Origin: Epiperipatus broadwayi
Taxonomy: Eukaryota; Animalia; Onychophora
Direction: 5' to 3'
NCBI GenBank assembly: GCA_028023455.1
Contig: JAQFVV010000003.1
Coordinates: forward strand, 9,548,001 to 9,612,000
Length of the DNA stretch: 64,000 nt
Shown: piece after piece, positions 25,900 through 37,427 of the stretch
Numbering within the stretch: position 1 is the stretch's first letter
Layout: every line of letters begins with the position of its first letter
Position numbers and translations under genes: made by a program
The notes under the pieces: generated by a model
The model's database searches: none
Told to the model about the DNA's origin: nothing
The model's input: the letters and a program-made list of their open reading frames with translations, nothing else

Positions 25900-26310
25900 T
25901 TCTTCTATAAAAGGCTTAATCAGACTATTGTATTATACTTATACCAACTCTGAGATATAGTTGCACCAACTCTGAGAGATACTTGCACAAACTATTCCTG
26001 CAAAAACTCTGAGAGAAGAACAATTCCTGCATATTCTGAAAGAAAGCTGATCCTGCAATTATTATTCACTTAGAATGAACAGTAAACTTACCACAAAGAT
26101 GTTTTTTCATATCGTGATTTGCTAAGCTTTTCGTCAGTACTGGTTTGTGCTTCCTGTGTTCCCATTAACTGCCTATAATGCCATAAGAACCAACTACAAA
26201 GAAACTACTAACTGACTTGCCCAAGTCTACTGTCAGTGAATCCAGATCAATGGACCACACTCAACAAGCCTAGTGCACTAGAGTTTATCTTTTATTAAGA
26301 TTCTACAATT
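25900..26310 (+). pseudogene. Relic Cys-rich ORF with TATA box and repeated leader motif
   Basis: TATAAAAG at ~25906; ACTCTGAGA x3; a frame reading ...VCASCVPINCL*CHKNQLQRNY*LTCPSLLSVNPDQW... Confidence 0.25.
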
Positions 26311-29300
26311 TAAATGATTTTTTTGTCTTAAATTTGTTGTCCTTTTTTAAAAAATATACATGTGTTTCAAATTTTTATTTTATTTTGTGTAAGTCAGTTT
26401 CTGTGCGTTGATATTTTTCTCTAAAACGAATGCTAAACCTAAACTGTATGTTCCATTTAAGTCTTAGTAAGTATGATAGTATAGTTTTATTTGTAATCTC
26501 ACATTCCTTTTTGTTATACAGAGCAGTCTGGATATTACAGCCTATTTTAATTAGCTTCTGGCTTGTGACCCATTTTGTTGTTAGTCCTTCTTATGTTGAG
26601 AAACTATAATTATTTATAATAGACTATTATGAAATATAATAGTCGATAGTTTTATTACTTCGAACTTCCAATTCGTTTATTAGTTGCACATACGATTTTA
26701 ACCCTCTCAATAGGTAGACTGTGAGCTCCTAGCCTGTCTCACTCAGAGGGAGGTCAATTGATTGAAAGTAATGACTTTCAATGCTCTTTTTTTTTTAGTT
26801 AATGTTTTGGAAGTTACCTTCACATTTCTCCTGTTTCGACATAAGCTTTCAGAAATCTCAAATACGGTGATTCATTTTTTTCCTAACTATGAGTTATAAT
26901 CAAGAAGTTAACCCCCCTTTTCTTACATGAGATCACTGAATACTTACTAGTACTTCTACTAGTGTCTGTATTTTGCACTCTTTCCAATATATCACGCATA
27001 GGAAATCGCTCTCTAAACCATATTAAAATATTTTCGGGTTTTTTTTTTGATGAACGTACGAGTAGTATGTTTTAAGTTGATTTTAAAGTTTGTCATCTAG
27101 ATTTATGTTTATTTAATCATACTACTAATAAAATATTCATTTTTACTTAGTTGATTTTGTTTTCTGTTGCTACCTTTCCAACTGTCGGAACAAAACATAA
27201 GATCTCATTTGCTTAGTTGAGCTAGTCTGGCGCATTCAGGTTCGTATATCCTGACCACCCTTAAAATAAATGTCTAGATCTGATTTTCAGACTAGTAGTG
27301 CCTTTGTGGTCAGTATATGAAAAACCAAAATCTTTCATCCGGTACAATATATATTAAAGAAATTGTATATGGAACAAAAAATAATTTTAGATTAAATGAA
27401 TTATATTTAAACATGTAAGCCAAATATAAAAGTTGTTGTTTATCTTCTATTTTGTGTAACTAATGAATATCATTTCATAAGAATGAAATAATAATTGAGA
27501 ACAAGAATTTAGTGAAAACTTATGAATAACATGATCAGTAAACAGAGATATATAGAGTATGATTACAGTATATGTTTTGGTTAAAGAAATGTAATAATGT
27601 CTAACCTGGACAAAGAGACACTTGCAAATTGAATATAGAAAACAAAAAGATACATCAAAAGAAAAAAGAATTATAGATACATTAGTATATCCATAGATAT
27701 TAGAGATAGCAGACATCCGTAAAAATAATCTGTAATCAATATAATATCAGAATAGATTTGCACACTGAGAAATCCTAACTTCTGCAAAAAGTAAATTGGA
27801 AATGCTGAAACACAAGAATTGAATTTATTAAATACAACATGAATGTGATAAAACCAGCAGTCCTATTGAAAAATAATTAAAAGAACAAAAATGGTAAAAA
27901 GTCAGACATGTTAAAGAAGCAGATCTTTTATACTATTGAACAAGTAATGGATTGGGGGAAAATATTAGCAGCCATCAAGAAAAAGTAAAAAGAAGAAAAC
28001 TTAAAGAAATTCCTTATATGATGATAATAAATAACTTTCTATATCTATCTAGTGTGATAATCAATAATGTTTTCATATTATTGATGTTAAGAACCAGAAG
28101 GATTTTCATAAATCTATTCTATATCTATAAAATGATAAGTGAAATGAAATAATTCACTAAAAATTCCAGATGTAAATTATTAATATGAAACTAAAATGAT
28201 CACCCTTATATAAAAAAACAAACTATAGTTAAATATCTGGCATAAAAGAGCACTTGAAGTAAAAAAAAAATACAGTATTCTGGTAAACTAAATAATTATT
28301 TATTTAACAATAAATTTGCTTTGGCATAATTAAATATGTTAAAAAAAGTTGCATTTTATAAATAATTGCAAACTTATGTAATGTGAGAAAAATAGAATTT
28401 GAATTTCTCCTCATAGACAAACACTACTTCATTATGGACATTTTTGGAATCTCTTTTATAACCTTTTGTTATATAAGATTTTAGAATTAAGTGTGGGTAA
28501 AATAAAACTTTTAAGGAGAAATATGACATTTGTAGTGAATCACTATTAATAATTATTTATTTAACAATAAATTTGCTCTTGCACATATAATAATAGAATA
28601 AAATCTAATGTTGCATATTAAATATATGTTAAATAAAAAAAATAAATTATAATAACTGTTTTTTTTTTGGGTTTTTTTTGTCTTTGGCAAAAAGTAATGT
28701 TAGAATTTAATCAGTGCTGAAGGGGGCAGAGCCCTCTAGTCAGCATAACTTTAAATTCAGTATTTGTGAATCTACAAATCATTAATCAGGCTAGCATTTA
28801 AAACACAAAACATATTGTGGTTCACACTAATCCATGTGTTATTAATAACAACTGAATATATTTGAAAAAATATAAAGTTTTATGATTTTTTTAAAAAAAA
28901 AATCTTTACCAACTAAACTACATAATGAAAATAGTTCAGTATATAATCACAAGTAAAATTCAAGCCTCACAAACTTTCAGGCAGACATTAATATTTGTGC
29001 TTTATAAAGAAAATGATTTAAAATACAAATGTTTTTATTTTTTAATCATTTGTTTGCTTGGTATTACATTTATTATACTGTAATTATATTTTATTCAATT
29101 CCAGAAGTCACAATGTAAGTATTGTGTAATATCAAAAAATGGTCCAGAAATACCTCCATTCTGAAGTAGTTTATTTACTTTTAAATTAATTCTATTTTTA
29201 ATTTTTGATCTTGGAAAAAAGATATCACGAGTGCATTTGATTTCATTGCTAGATCATCCTCCTTTTGTATCATTCTGAGCAATGTGTATTTTTAATAAAT

Positions 29301-29620
29301 TATGCCATTTCAGAATATAAACAGAATAACAAAATACATTTCATTCTGTCATTTTTTTGAAGAAAAGATTCAGGCTTAATTTACCTGAATATTCATTTGT
29401 TTGTTAAAGTATTTTTATTTTATATTATATTTAAGTCAGTTAATTACAACTGCTGAGTAAGAATTTGTTGTGTGGCAATACTATATATATATATATATAT
29501 ATATATACTATTCATTGTCATATGTATTTTCATTCCATAATGCATATGTTCTTACCTTTTATTTTTCCTTTCACATTTCTACTCCCTTATCAATAATATT
29601 ACATTAATATTTTTTTAAAG

Positions 29621-29673
29621 TCTTTTCACAATATGATTGACATATTGAAGTGGACATGGAAGCATACAATCTG
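29621..29673 (+). CDS. CACNA2D: alpha2/delta exon d (SFHNMIDILKWTWKHTI-W)
   Basis: ttttttaaag|...|gtaaac; phase 0 to phase 2; matches the hydrophobic/Trp segment preceding the alpha2/delta cleavage region. Confidence 0.88.
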
Positions 29674-30193
29674 GTAAACATTTTTTTATTTACTATTATA
29701 TTGTTTTCTTAATTATTTTGCTTATGCGTATTTGCTCATGTGCACTCACACACATATATATATACAAACATATATATATTGAAACATGTTATTGAAACAT
29801 ATTTTGCTATGTTTCAAATATGTATGAGACCAAGAAGGAGTTTGAGTTAAAAATTCTATTTATAAATTAATTTTTAAAATTTTATTAATTTAGTTTTATA
29901 TTAAACGTGTGTTATAAAAGTGTAGTCACATGTGTATAAGTGCACACACATGAATCAGTAAAATAATTTTGTTATTTACTAAAAGTAATGTCAATTTTTT
30001 TTCTCAAAAAAAAAGTAAACTATTAATAATTTTTTTATCTTTTATGTAAGATTATTAGAACAATGCTTAACTTCCAAAAATGTTTTAATCGCATAGTACC
30101 ATGCACCTGAGCAGCCATACTCCATTATTCACTTACCATTAACATGAAAAGCACAAATCACATATCACTACAATCCCACTTAAAAACTTCAAG

Positions 30194-32538
30194 CTACCTC
30201 CAAAAGGATCTTAACAGCCTAGCATTAAATGGCACTTTCTCTTTTCCTTCTTTGGTTACTGGAAATGCTTTATTCCCATATTGTTTCACTATTGTATATG
30301 GACCTTCGTAACTATCCTGAAACTTATTACCTATATTTTGTCCCATTTTTGGATGTTTTATCAGGCCAGACATCATTATGGTGGCTTGCCTTTATATCTC
30401 CATTTCTCTGGAGCTCATTGTTGCTATTAGATTTCTTAACTATCCAGGTTTGGTATGGACTATGAATGCTGCCTGTTGACCTTAACCACGCTTTTTTTCT
30501 CCATGGTGGTATGCCATGATTACTGTAGGGTCATGGAGATATCTTCTTTTTATATCCGAGATCACCTATTCTCAGCTCATCATCCTTCCTATATGGGGCT
30601 TTAATTGGCAGCTTGGATCCTCTTTCTCTGTTTGTTGCCGAGGTATTGCAATTGTCGATTGCTGTCCAGCTCAGCAACCTGCTCAATGGATTGAAGCTCC
30701 TTCCCAATCAGCATTCTCTCAATGTATCTGGGAAAACTATACTGGATCATGCAGATGATTTGGAGTTCTGTCAGTGGATCTGCTGTCAGGGCCTTTAACT
30801 TGTCACTTGTTTTCAGAAGAAGGGGATATAAGGTTTACCAGGCAGACATTTTTCCTGTGACACCTTATATTTGATGCCCTTCTTACAATCATCACTCCAA
30901 TAGCAGTTCATGAATGCCTTTTTAAAATCACTGAAATTGTTGGGCTGACTAAATAGCGACTCCCACCATGCTTGTGTTGCACCCTGTAAATGACTATAAG
31001 CTATTGCCAGTTTTGCCTCTTTGGACATTGCATTAATGCTGAAGCACCTATCTAGACTTTTCAGGTACTCAATAGGTGCTTCATTAGAGCTCCCTCCAAA
31101 TGTCTGTTTTTTGAGGAATTGGTTTACAATTCCTGGCATGTAGTTGGTTATTGGCACTTCTTGAATAATTTTGTGGATGCTTTCTTCTAAATTTTGTTTT
31201 GGGATTGTTTCTTTCCCTTCATTTACTTGCCCCTTGTTAGGAATCTGTTGCTCTGGCAGCGCATAGCTGCTTTTTATTTGCAGTTCTTTCACTTGGTTGG
31301 TCAAGCTATCCACTTGCTCCTGCATAGATTCCTGTATTTTTTTTTACCTTTATATCCATGCCTTCACGAATTTGAATCATCTTGTTCTCTTGTTCATTCA
31401 GAGACCTTTGACTTCTTCCATGACCTCTTCTTTAATTCTCAATATTTGCTCAGTAATCTGATTAATTTTTTTATTTTGACTTTCAATTGCTTCTATAATT
31501 TGTTTCTCTATTCTTTGGTTTACTTCTTCAATCTGTTTTTCCATCTTCTCATTTTGACTTTGATTTGCTTTTATTATTTGTTTTTTATCCTCTTCTCTTT
31601 GTTTTTTATCATCTTCTCTTTGTTGGTCTCTCTTTTTATTTTCAGCTTTAAACATTTCGAGTAGTTGGATTAGCATGGAAGCATCCTCTATTTTCTGGGC
31701 TCCTTCCATTTGTTGCTGATTATCTTCTTTTGGGTCATTTTCTTCTTGCTTTTGTTCTTCACAAGGAAAGAATCTCCACTTCTGTGTTCATCATTTTTGT
31801 CCTTGCTCTAATAATCATCTATATTTTATTAACTTGCAATTTATTTACTTCTTATGATATTTGATTATTTGACAATTTTATTCTTAATTTATTTTATTTA
31901 CCTAACTTGAATAAGCTTCCCTTTCCCTCAACATCATGATTTAGCTCCAACTTCTTTTTTATGCCTGTATTATTCATTGTATAACATTCATTTAATTTAT
32001 ACTCCGCAATTTCACCTTATTCATTTTATTTCATATTCCCACCATGTGCATTGTTCACATCTCACAGAATCATAATTTGCTTCTGCCTTCCATATTTCTT
32101 CATTTATTTTCTTCATCTGCTTTTTTTTCCTTCTAGCTTTTTATGCCTATGGGCAGGCTAGCTAGATCTGGCCTCACAATTAGGGCAACAAATGTAACCA
32201 GACTGGATTCTCCATCCCCTCTGGTGGTTGATTTGTTTCCTGATGAGCATATTGCAGGAAGGAAAGAATGATTGGCATTACCCAATACTGATATCACCCC
32301 TACAACAATATTTCCTGCTCATCAGAAGATGTAGCATTAAAGAGACTCATAAGAGCTAGAAATTTATTTGTTTGTTTTCCCAAATGGTGCCATTAGAGTT
32401 CCAGCTCACTACAACTTTACTCACTAGATCAGGTTATGCTGGACATAGCTCAGGAAACATGAAATTCCTGTGAATAAATATACTGAAAAATGGATGACAT
32501 GAAATGAAACTGCCAAGATATATTAATTCTATGTAACA
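30194..32538 (-). mobile_element. Non-autonomous Ty3/Gypsy element: 5' LTR (~32193-32538), PBS-like site, coiled-coil + capsid gag, integrase C-terminus
   Basis: ORFs 31398-31709 (coiled coil) and 30813-31325 (FGG...PIEYL...AWW...F.DFKKAF..YWS); KF..SYEGPY.IV (30194-30376, GPY/F module); TGTTAC...GTTACA LTR with AATAAA; degenerate PBS TGTTGCCCTAATTGTGAGG. No 3' LTR found. Confidence 0.85.
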
Positions 32539-32885
32539 GTAATTTTTTGAAATAACAATACTTTGACTAATAACTCTTTATAATTCCTCGACAGTTCAGC
32601 TTCTATGGATCAATTAGTCTATTCCATCGGTAACTTTTCTAATGCTTGGTTCCATTGATGACACTCATACAATGTCCACCATTTGTCTATATGTCTTCGT
32701 GGTAAGGCTAAGTTCATACTTCAAGCAGCATTTGGTCAATGATCCTGTTCATCCAATATTCATACAGTAGGGACTTACATAGCCATGTGTACATCACGGC
32801 TACCTCCCTGATCAATCCACAAGTTTAATTTCTCATTCTGTAAGTTTACATTCTCCTTGTATGCATATATATATATATACACACA

Positions 32886-34349
32886 CACCTGGCTGTCATT
32901 TTATGCAGTAGATAGGTTCTTCAGGAAATGCGCACAAAAGAAATGGCACAAAAATAGACTTAACTTACCTTGAAAAATGGGGGATACATACTGTAATTTT
33001 CCAAAAATCACATAAAAGCAAAGCAATAATGTAAAATTACTTTAAAATTCGCATTAAAAAAAAAACAAAAAAACATGACTAATAAAAAATTTCAAATTTG
33101 AAAAAAATTGATACAAGACAAACTTTTTTTATTAACTACAGTATTTAATTTTATTCAAAACAATATATTTTTATGCATAATTTACATTATTTTCATACAT
33201 GTACGGTATTTTAATCATTATCGCTATTTGAGACATCAGAATTGTCACAAGAGGAAATATAACTAGCACCAACTTCATTTTTTTAAATTGGTCTTATAGT
33301 GGATTCACCCAAACTAAAACATTTTCCAATCGCTGTTGATCCTTCCCATTTCACTAAGCAATCTAAAATTGAAATTTTTGTTTCCAAAGAAATTTATTTT
33401 CTTGGGTATTTTTCCCTCTCCATTAGGGTAAACTAAAAGGTTAAAATAAAAATAAGAACTTGACTTACGATAATAAAAAGACACTGACTCGCTACTGTTG
33501 GGCAAAATTTAAATAAAACTAACAATTAAAAATTAAATTCTTATTTTTATCTTTAATTTTTTAATTTTCAATTCTGTTTAAAAATCAAATTTCATCGTTT
33601 CACATCACATTAATTTCAGATCATGTTACGTAATTTTTAAATTGTTAATTACAATTAAAAATCAGATTTTAATTGCCAAATTTAATTGTGCCCACCGCTG
33701 TTACTCACCTTTTAAAAATAAACTCGTGGTCATTAAGTGATTAATTGATTATGTACTTTTTTTTAAAAAGCAAAAATAGAACGTGATTTAAAATGCAAAA
33801 ATGACATCATACATAGTATAAGCATCTATAACGTTTGAACAGATTTTCATTATAATCTTGTAAAATTTATTACTTGCGGACACTAAATGATTAATTGATT
33901 ATGTACTTTTTTAAAAAGGAAAAATAGAATGCAATTTAAAATGCAAAAACAACAACATGCTAGTATAGGCATCTATAATGTTTGAACAGATTTACATTAT
34001 AATCTTGTAAAATTTAATGTGTGTATATAAAATGGGGAAATCCTGATTTTAGATGAATTATAAACTTCTTTATTGCGTAAAATCTATTACAGTACTATTA
34101 TAAAGCGCTGAAAATATTGAAATTATTAAATGGAGGTCAAACTCTGATAATATGCTATTACTTTAAATATGACATGAGTGCGTGAAATTTATAATATTTA
34201 AAGTAGTAGTGCATTATCAGAGCTCGACTTCTGATCTAATAATTTTTATCACATAAAAGAAAACCAAATACAAAGATATTAAGAAGAAATATGAATTGCA
34301 TAACTTCAAAATCGCATTAAATAAATCCGCATAAAATGAGACCCGGGTG
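32886..34349. mobile_element. pogo/Tigger-like MITE, copy 1 (contains a nested insertion and an internal ~149-bp tandem duplication at 33740-34019)
   Basis: TIRs CACCTGGCTGTCATTTTATGCAG / CCGCATAAAATGAGACCCGGGTG followed by TA; homologous to the copy at 35795. Confidence 0.85.
33493..33700. mobile_element. Nested hAT-like MITE
   Basis: TACTGTTGGGCAAAA / TTGTGCCCACCGCTG ends; flanks TGACTCGC and TTACTCAC (6/8). Confidence 0.55.
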
Positions 34350-35794
34350 TATATATAATTCTTAGATATGTCCATTAATTCTTTATTGCAATATTCTCCT
34401 AGGCAAGCTTGGTTTATATTTGAATTAATTCTTTTCATTCAACTGTTTAGTAGTTAATAATTATATCCATAGTCAACAATTATATCTGAATATATTCATA
34501 TATTCGATTCATATATATAGATGTATATCCCTTTTAGTAAGCAAAAATATTAACTCCTTCTTGGTTACCTTAAGCATTTATGCTGTATACAAATATTGGG
34601 TTATGTCTATTTTAAATTAATCTTTACATTATAATTTCTATATTTCGATTAGCAGGTTGCAATTTAACAATGTGACACATATTATTTTATATTCTTTATT
34701 CTAGAGCCTAATTTCAAGTCAACATTTTTAAGTTTTATCACTTCTTTATCAAGTAAAAAACAACAACTAGTGAATGGAAATATATTCATTATTACATATC
34801 ATTTCTATTGACATAACTCAGTTTTACTTTCTTCATTCTGATAACAGCAATTATATTATTCTATCAATCAGAAATTATCTCGGTTCATAACTGTTTTCAT
34901 ATAAACATTGGGTTTTACCCATTACAAATGTTTCTAAATTTGATATGAATATTTTATCATTTTGTCGAATTAATTATTTTAAATAAATCTATAACTATGT
35001 TTCACTTTACCCTGTCCAAAATGCTTTTCTCACTGCATTTTCATGAATATCTTTAAATATTTCAAATGTCAAAACAACTATTTCATGCAATAAGGGAGGT
35101 TCATCATTATTAAGTAAATGAATATAAGTAATATCATTACATCACAATCTAATTACGTAAATCTTAATTAAACATGTTTCAATAACTGTCTAGAATTTTA
35201 TTACATCTTCAAATCTCTGTGACAGTCTTTATGTTTGATGTTTCACCACTGGTGAAATTGTCACATTAAAAAATGTTTTGTTTAGGGCTGAATGGTTTAT
35301 ATTTTTTTATGGTCTCTTAGGCATATTTCTTCATCTTTATGACTTCTACCATAGTGTGGGAAGGAGAGTGAGCTATAGCCAGACATTTTACATTTACCAT
35401 ATTGATAATCTGTTTCTTCATATCACAGTTTTATGGTACTTTGGGTTTCTCTTACTAACTGCAGCACTTCTATAATTAATGGCCATGGCAGTTCCCAAAC
35501 TTAGTTGATCTGATTATCTAAACTCTTCTTTGTAGAATGACTGAAGACTAAACTGCAATTTACTGTGAAGTAACTACCAAAATCAACCAACTGCCTCGAA
35601 TTGTCCAATTTCTCTCTTTTATATTCTCTTAATTCCCACAGTGTTTCCATTATTCTCTTTCATCTCACCCATGTTAACCAACATGTTGTGTTAAGTTCTT
35701 TTGCCTAAGACAAGAAAGTGACACTATCATTCTTGACGAAGTAATTACGTTTCTGTGCCTCAATTTGGAAAACACTCAGCTCAACAAATATATA

Positions 35795-36778
35795 CACCTG
35801 GGTCTCATTTTATGCGGTAGATAGGTTCCACAGAAAACCAGCATTAAAAAAAATTGCACAAAAATAGACTTGACTTACCTTGAAAAAGGGGGGATAGGGT
35901 CTGTAATTTTCAGAATTCGCATAAAAGCAAAACAACAAGGAAAAATTACTTTAAAATTCACATTAAAAAAATAAGGAAGTAAAGTATGACTAATAAAAAG
36001 TATCAAATATTTGAAAAAAATTGGTACAAGACAAACTTTTATTACTTTTTTTTTTTATTAACTACAGTATTTAATTTGACATTTTTTCATACGTATTTTT
36101 TGATGATATGCGGTTCGTTTGTAAACTGGTAAGAAATCAGATTCATCGATGTGATGTGATGTGATGTAGCTTCTTCTTAAATGATGTCAAGAATCTCTTA
36201 GCAATTATGCCCATATAAACTTGTTAACCACTTTATTTTCCATTCCCCACTCTAAGTTTTCCCATATTCTACTCCATCCCATTTACACAACTAGTGCCAA
36301 TTTTAATCTTGTGCTGTGTTAATGGTTTTCTGTTGACAACTGATTTTTATTACTGAAATAAATTTTAAATGTTCACATTATTTTCAGTTTATAAAATCAA
36401 TAAAATCTTCATTATTTATTTTAAAAACCTACATTATTTTCTGTCACACCTAATAAAATGCGTTTTAAAAGTTTAAAATTTTTGAATATTTATTGCGATA
36501 TTTTTATATGTAAGTATAAATCTATTATTATTATTTACTCATTAGTATAAGTAGGTTATTTATTCTAAATACAGTTTGAGATCATATTCACGTTAGCTGC
36601 TAATACACCGGTATATTTTTGAAAAAAAAAAAGTATTTCAAGTTAAAATAAGTTATTAATAATTTACATTTCTTGATATCTAAAAAATATAGTGAAATAT
36701 GAAAAATATTAAGAAGAAACATGAATGCATAACTTCAAAATCACATTAAAATAATCAGCATAAAACAAGACCCAGGTG
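35795..36778. mobile_element. pogo/Tigger-like MITE, copy 2
   Basis: TA|CACCTGGGTCTCATTTTATGCGG ... CAGCATAAAACAAGACCCAGGTG|TA. Confidence 0.9.
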
Positions 36779-37427
36779 TATTGTATATCAGTAACATTTT
36801 AATATGAAACTGCAAATTTTTTTTCTTTAATGTGAAAGATTCCTTAAATAAATGTGTAGTTTAATTTTTAACTGTAGATTTTAAATATTGATTTTTCGAT
36901 GATTTTTCTCTCTTTTTTTTCTTTAGAGAATTTGAATTCACACATTTTGTTTTTATAATATGAGCGAAAAACTGATTTTTAAATTACTGTCCATTATTTA
37001 TTTTTCTAAATTTCTTTCACCAAAACTGTGTCAGCTTTTATTTTAAATCAAATCATTTTAAAATCGGGGTAGGGTGTGTGTGAAAACTTCAGAATATATG
37101 AAGCTAGGTATATATAGGATAAATAAAATATCAGGAATATTTGTCATTATTAGCTGTGTATTTTCGATATCGAGTAGTACAGAAATAATAAGGTTAGTTA
37201 TTAATGTAACATCTTAAATGGTAAGGAATATCTAACAGGAAGTTGATATCAGTTTCATAAGTCGTATGGGAAAAAAAAACAAATCTTTCTAAGTTTACAA
37301 GCAAATTGTTGTTTCAAAAATATATTTATTAATTACTTTGTGTACAAATTGTTGTTTCAAAAATATATTTATTAATTACTTTGTGTACAAATTAGAAAGA
37401 ATATATACAAAGTTAAATGGGGTTATG

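Noticed and set aside
25947-26015. Short spaced repeats (ACTCTGAGA x3) as a CRISPR-like array
   Set aside because: Repeats are 9-12 bp with irregular short spacing, there are no cas genes, and the context is eukaryotic.
31194-31664. 156-aa Phe/Leu-rich + strand ORF resembling a membrane protein
   Set aside because: Antisense of the Glu/Lys/Gln coiled-coil gag segment.
32240-32325. CTGATGAG in the LTR as a retrozyme-type hammerhead
   Set aside because: Stem II is not followed by GAAA, and the motif pairs with its own reverse complement; it is just a hairpin.
37296-37310. L1/Tx1 target resembling the tRNA-Gly anticodon arm (TACAAGCA..TTGT)
   Set aside because: The reconstructed empty site shows no other tRNA features; likely coincidence.
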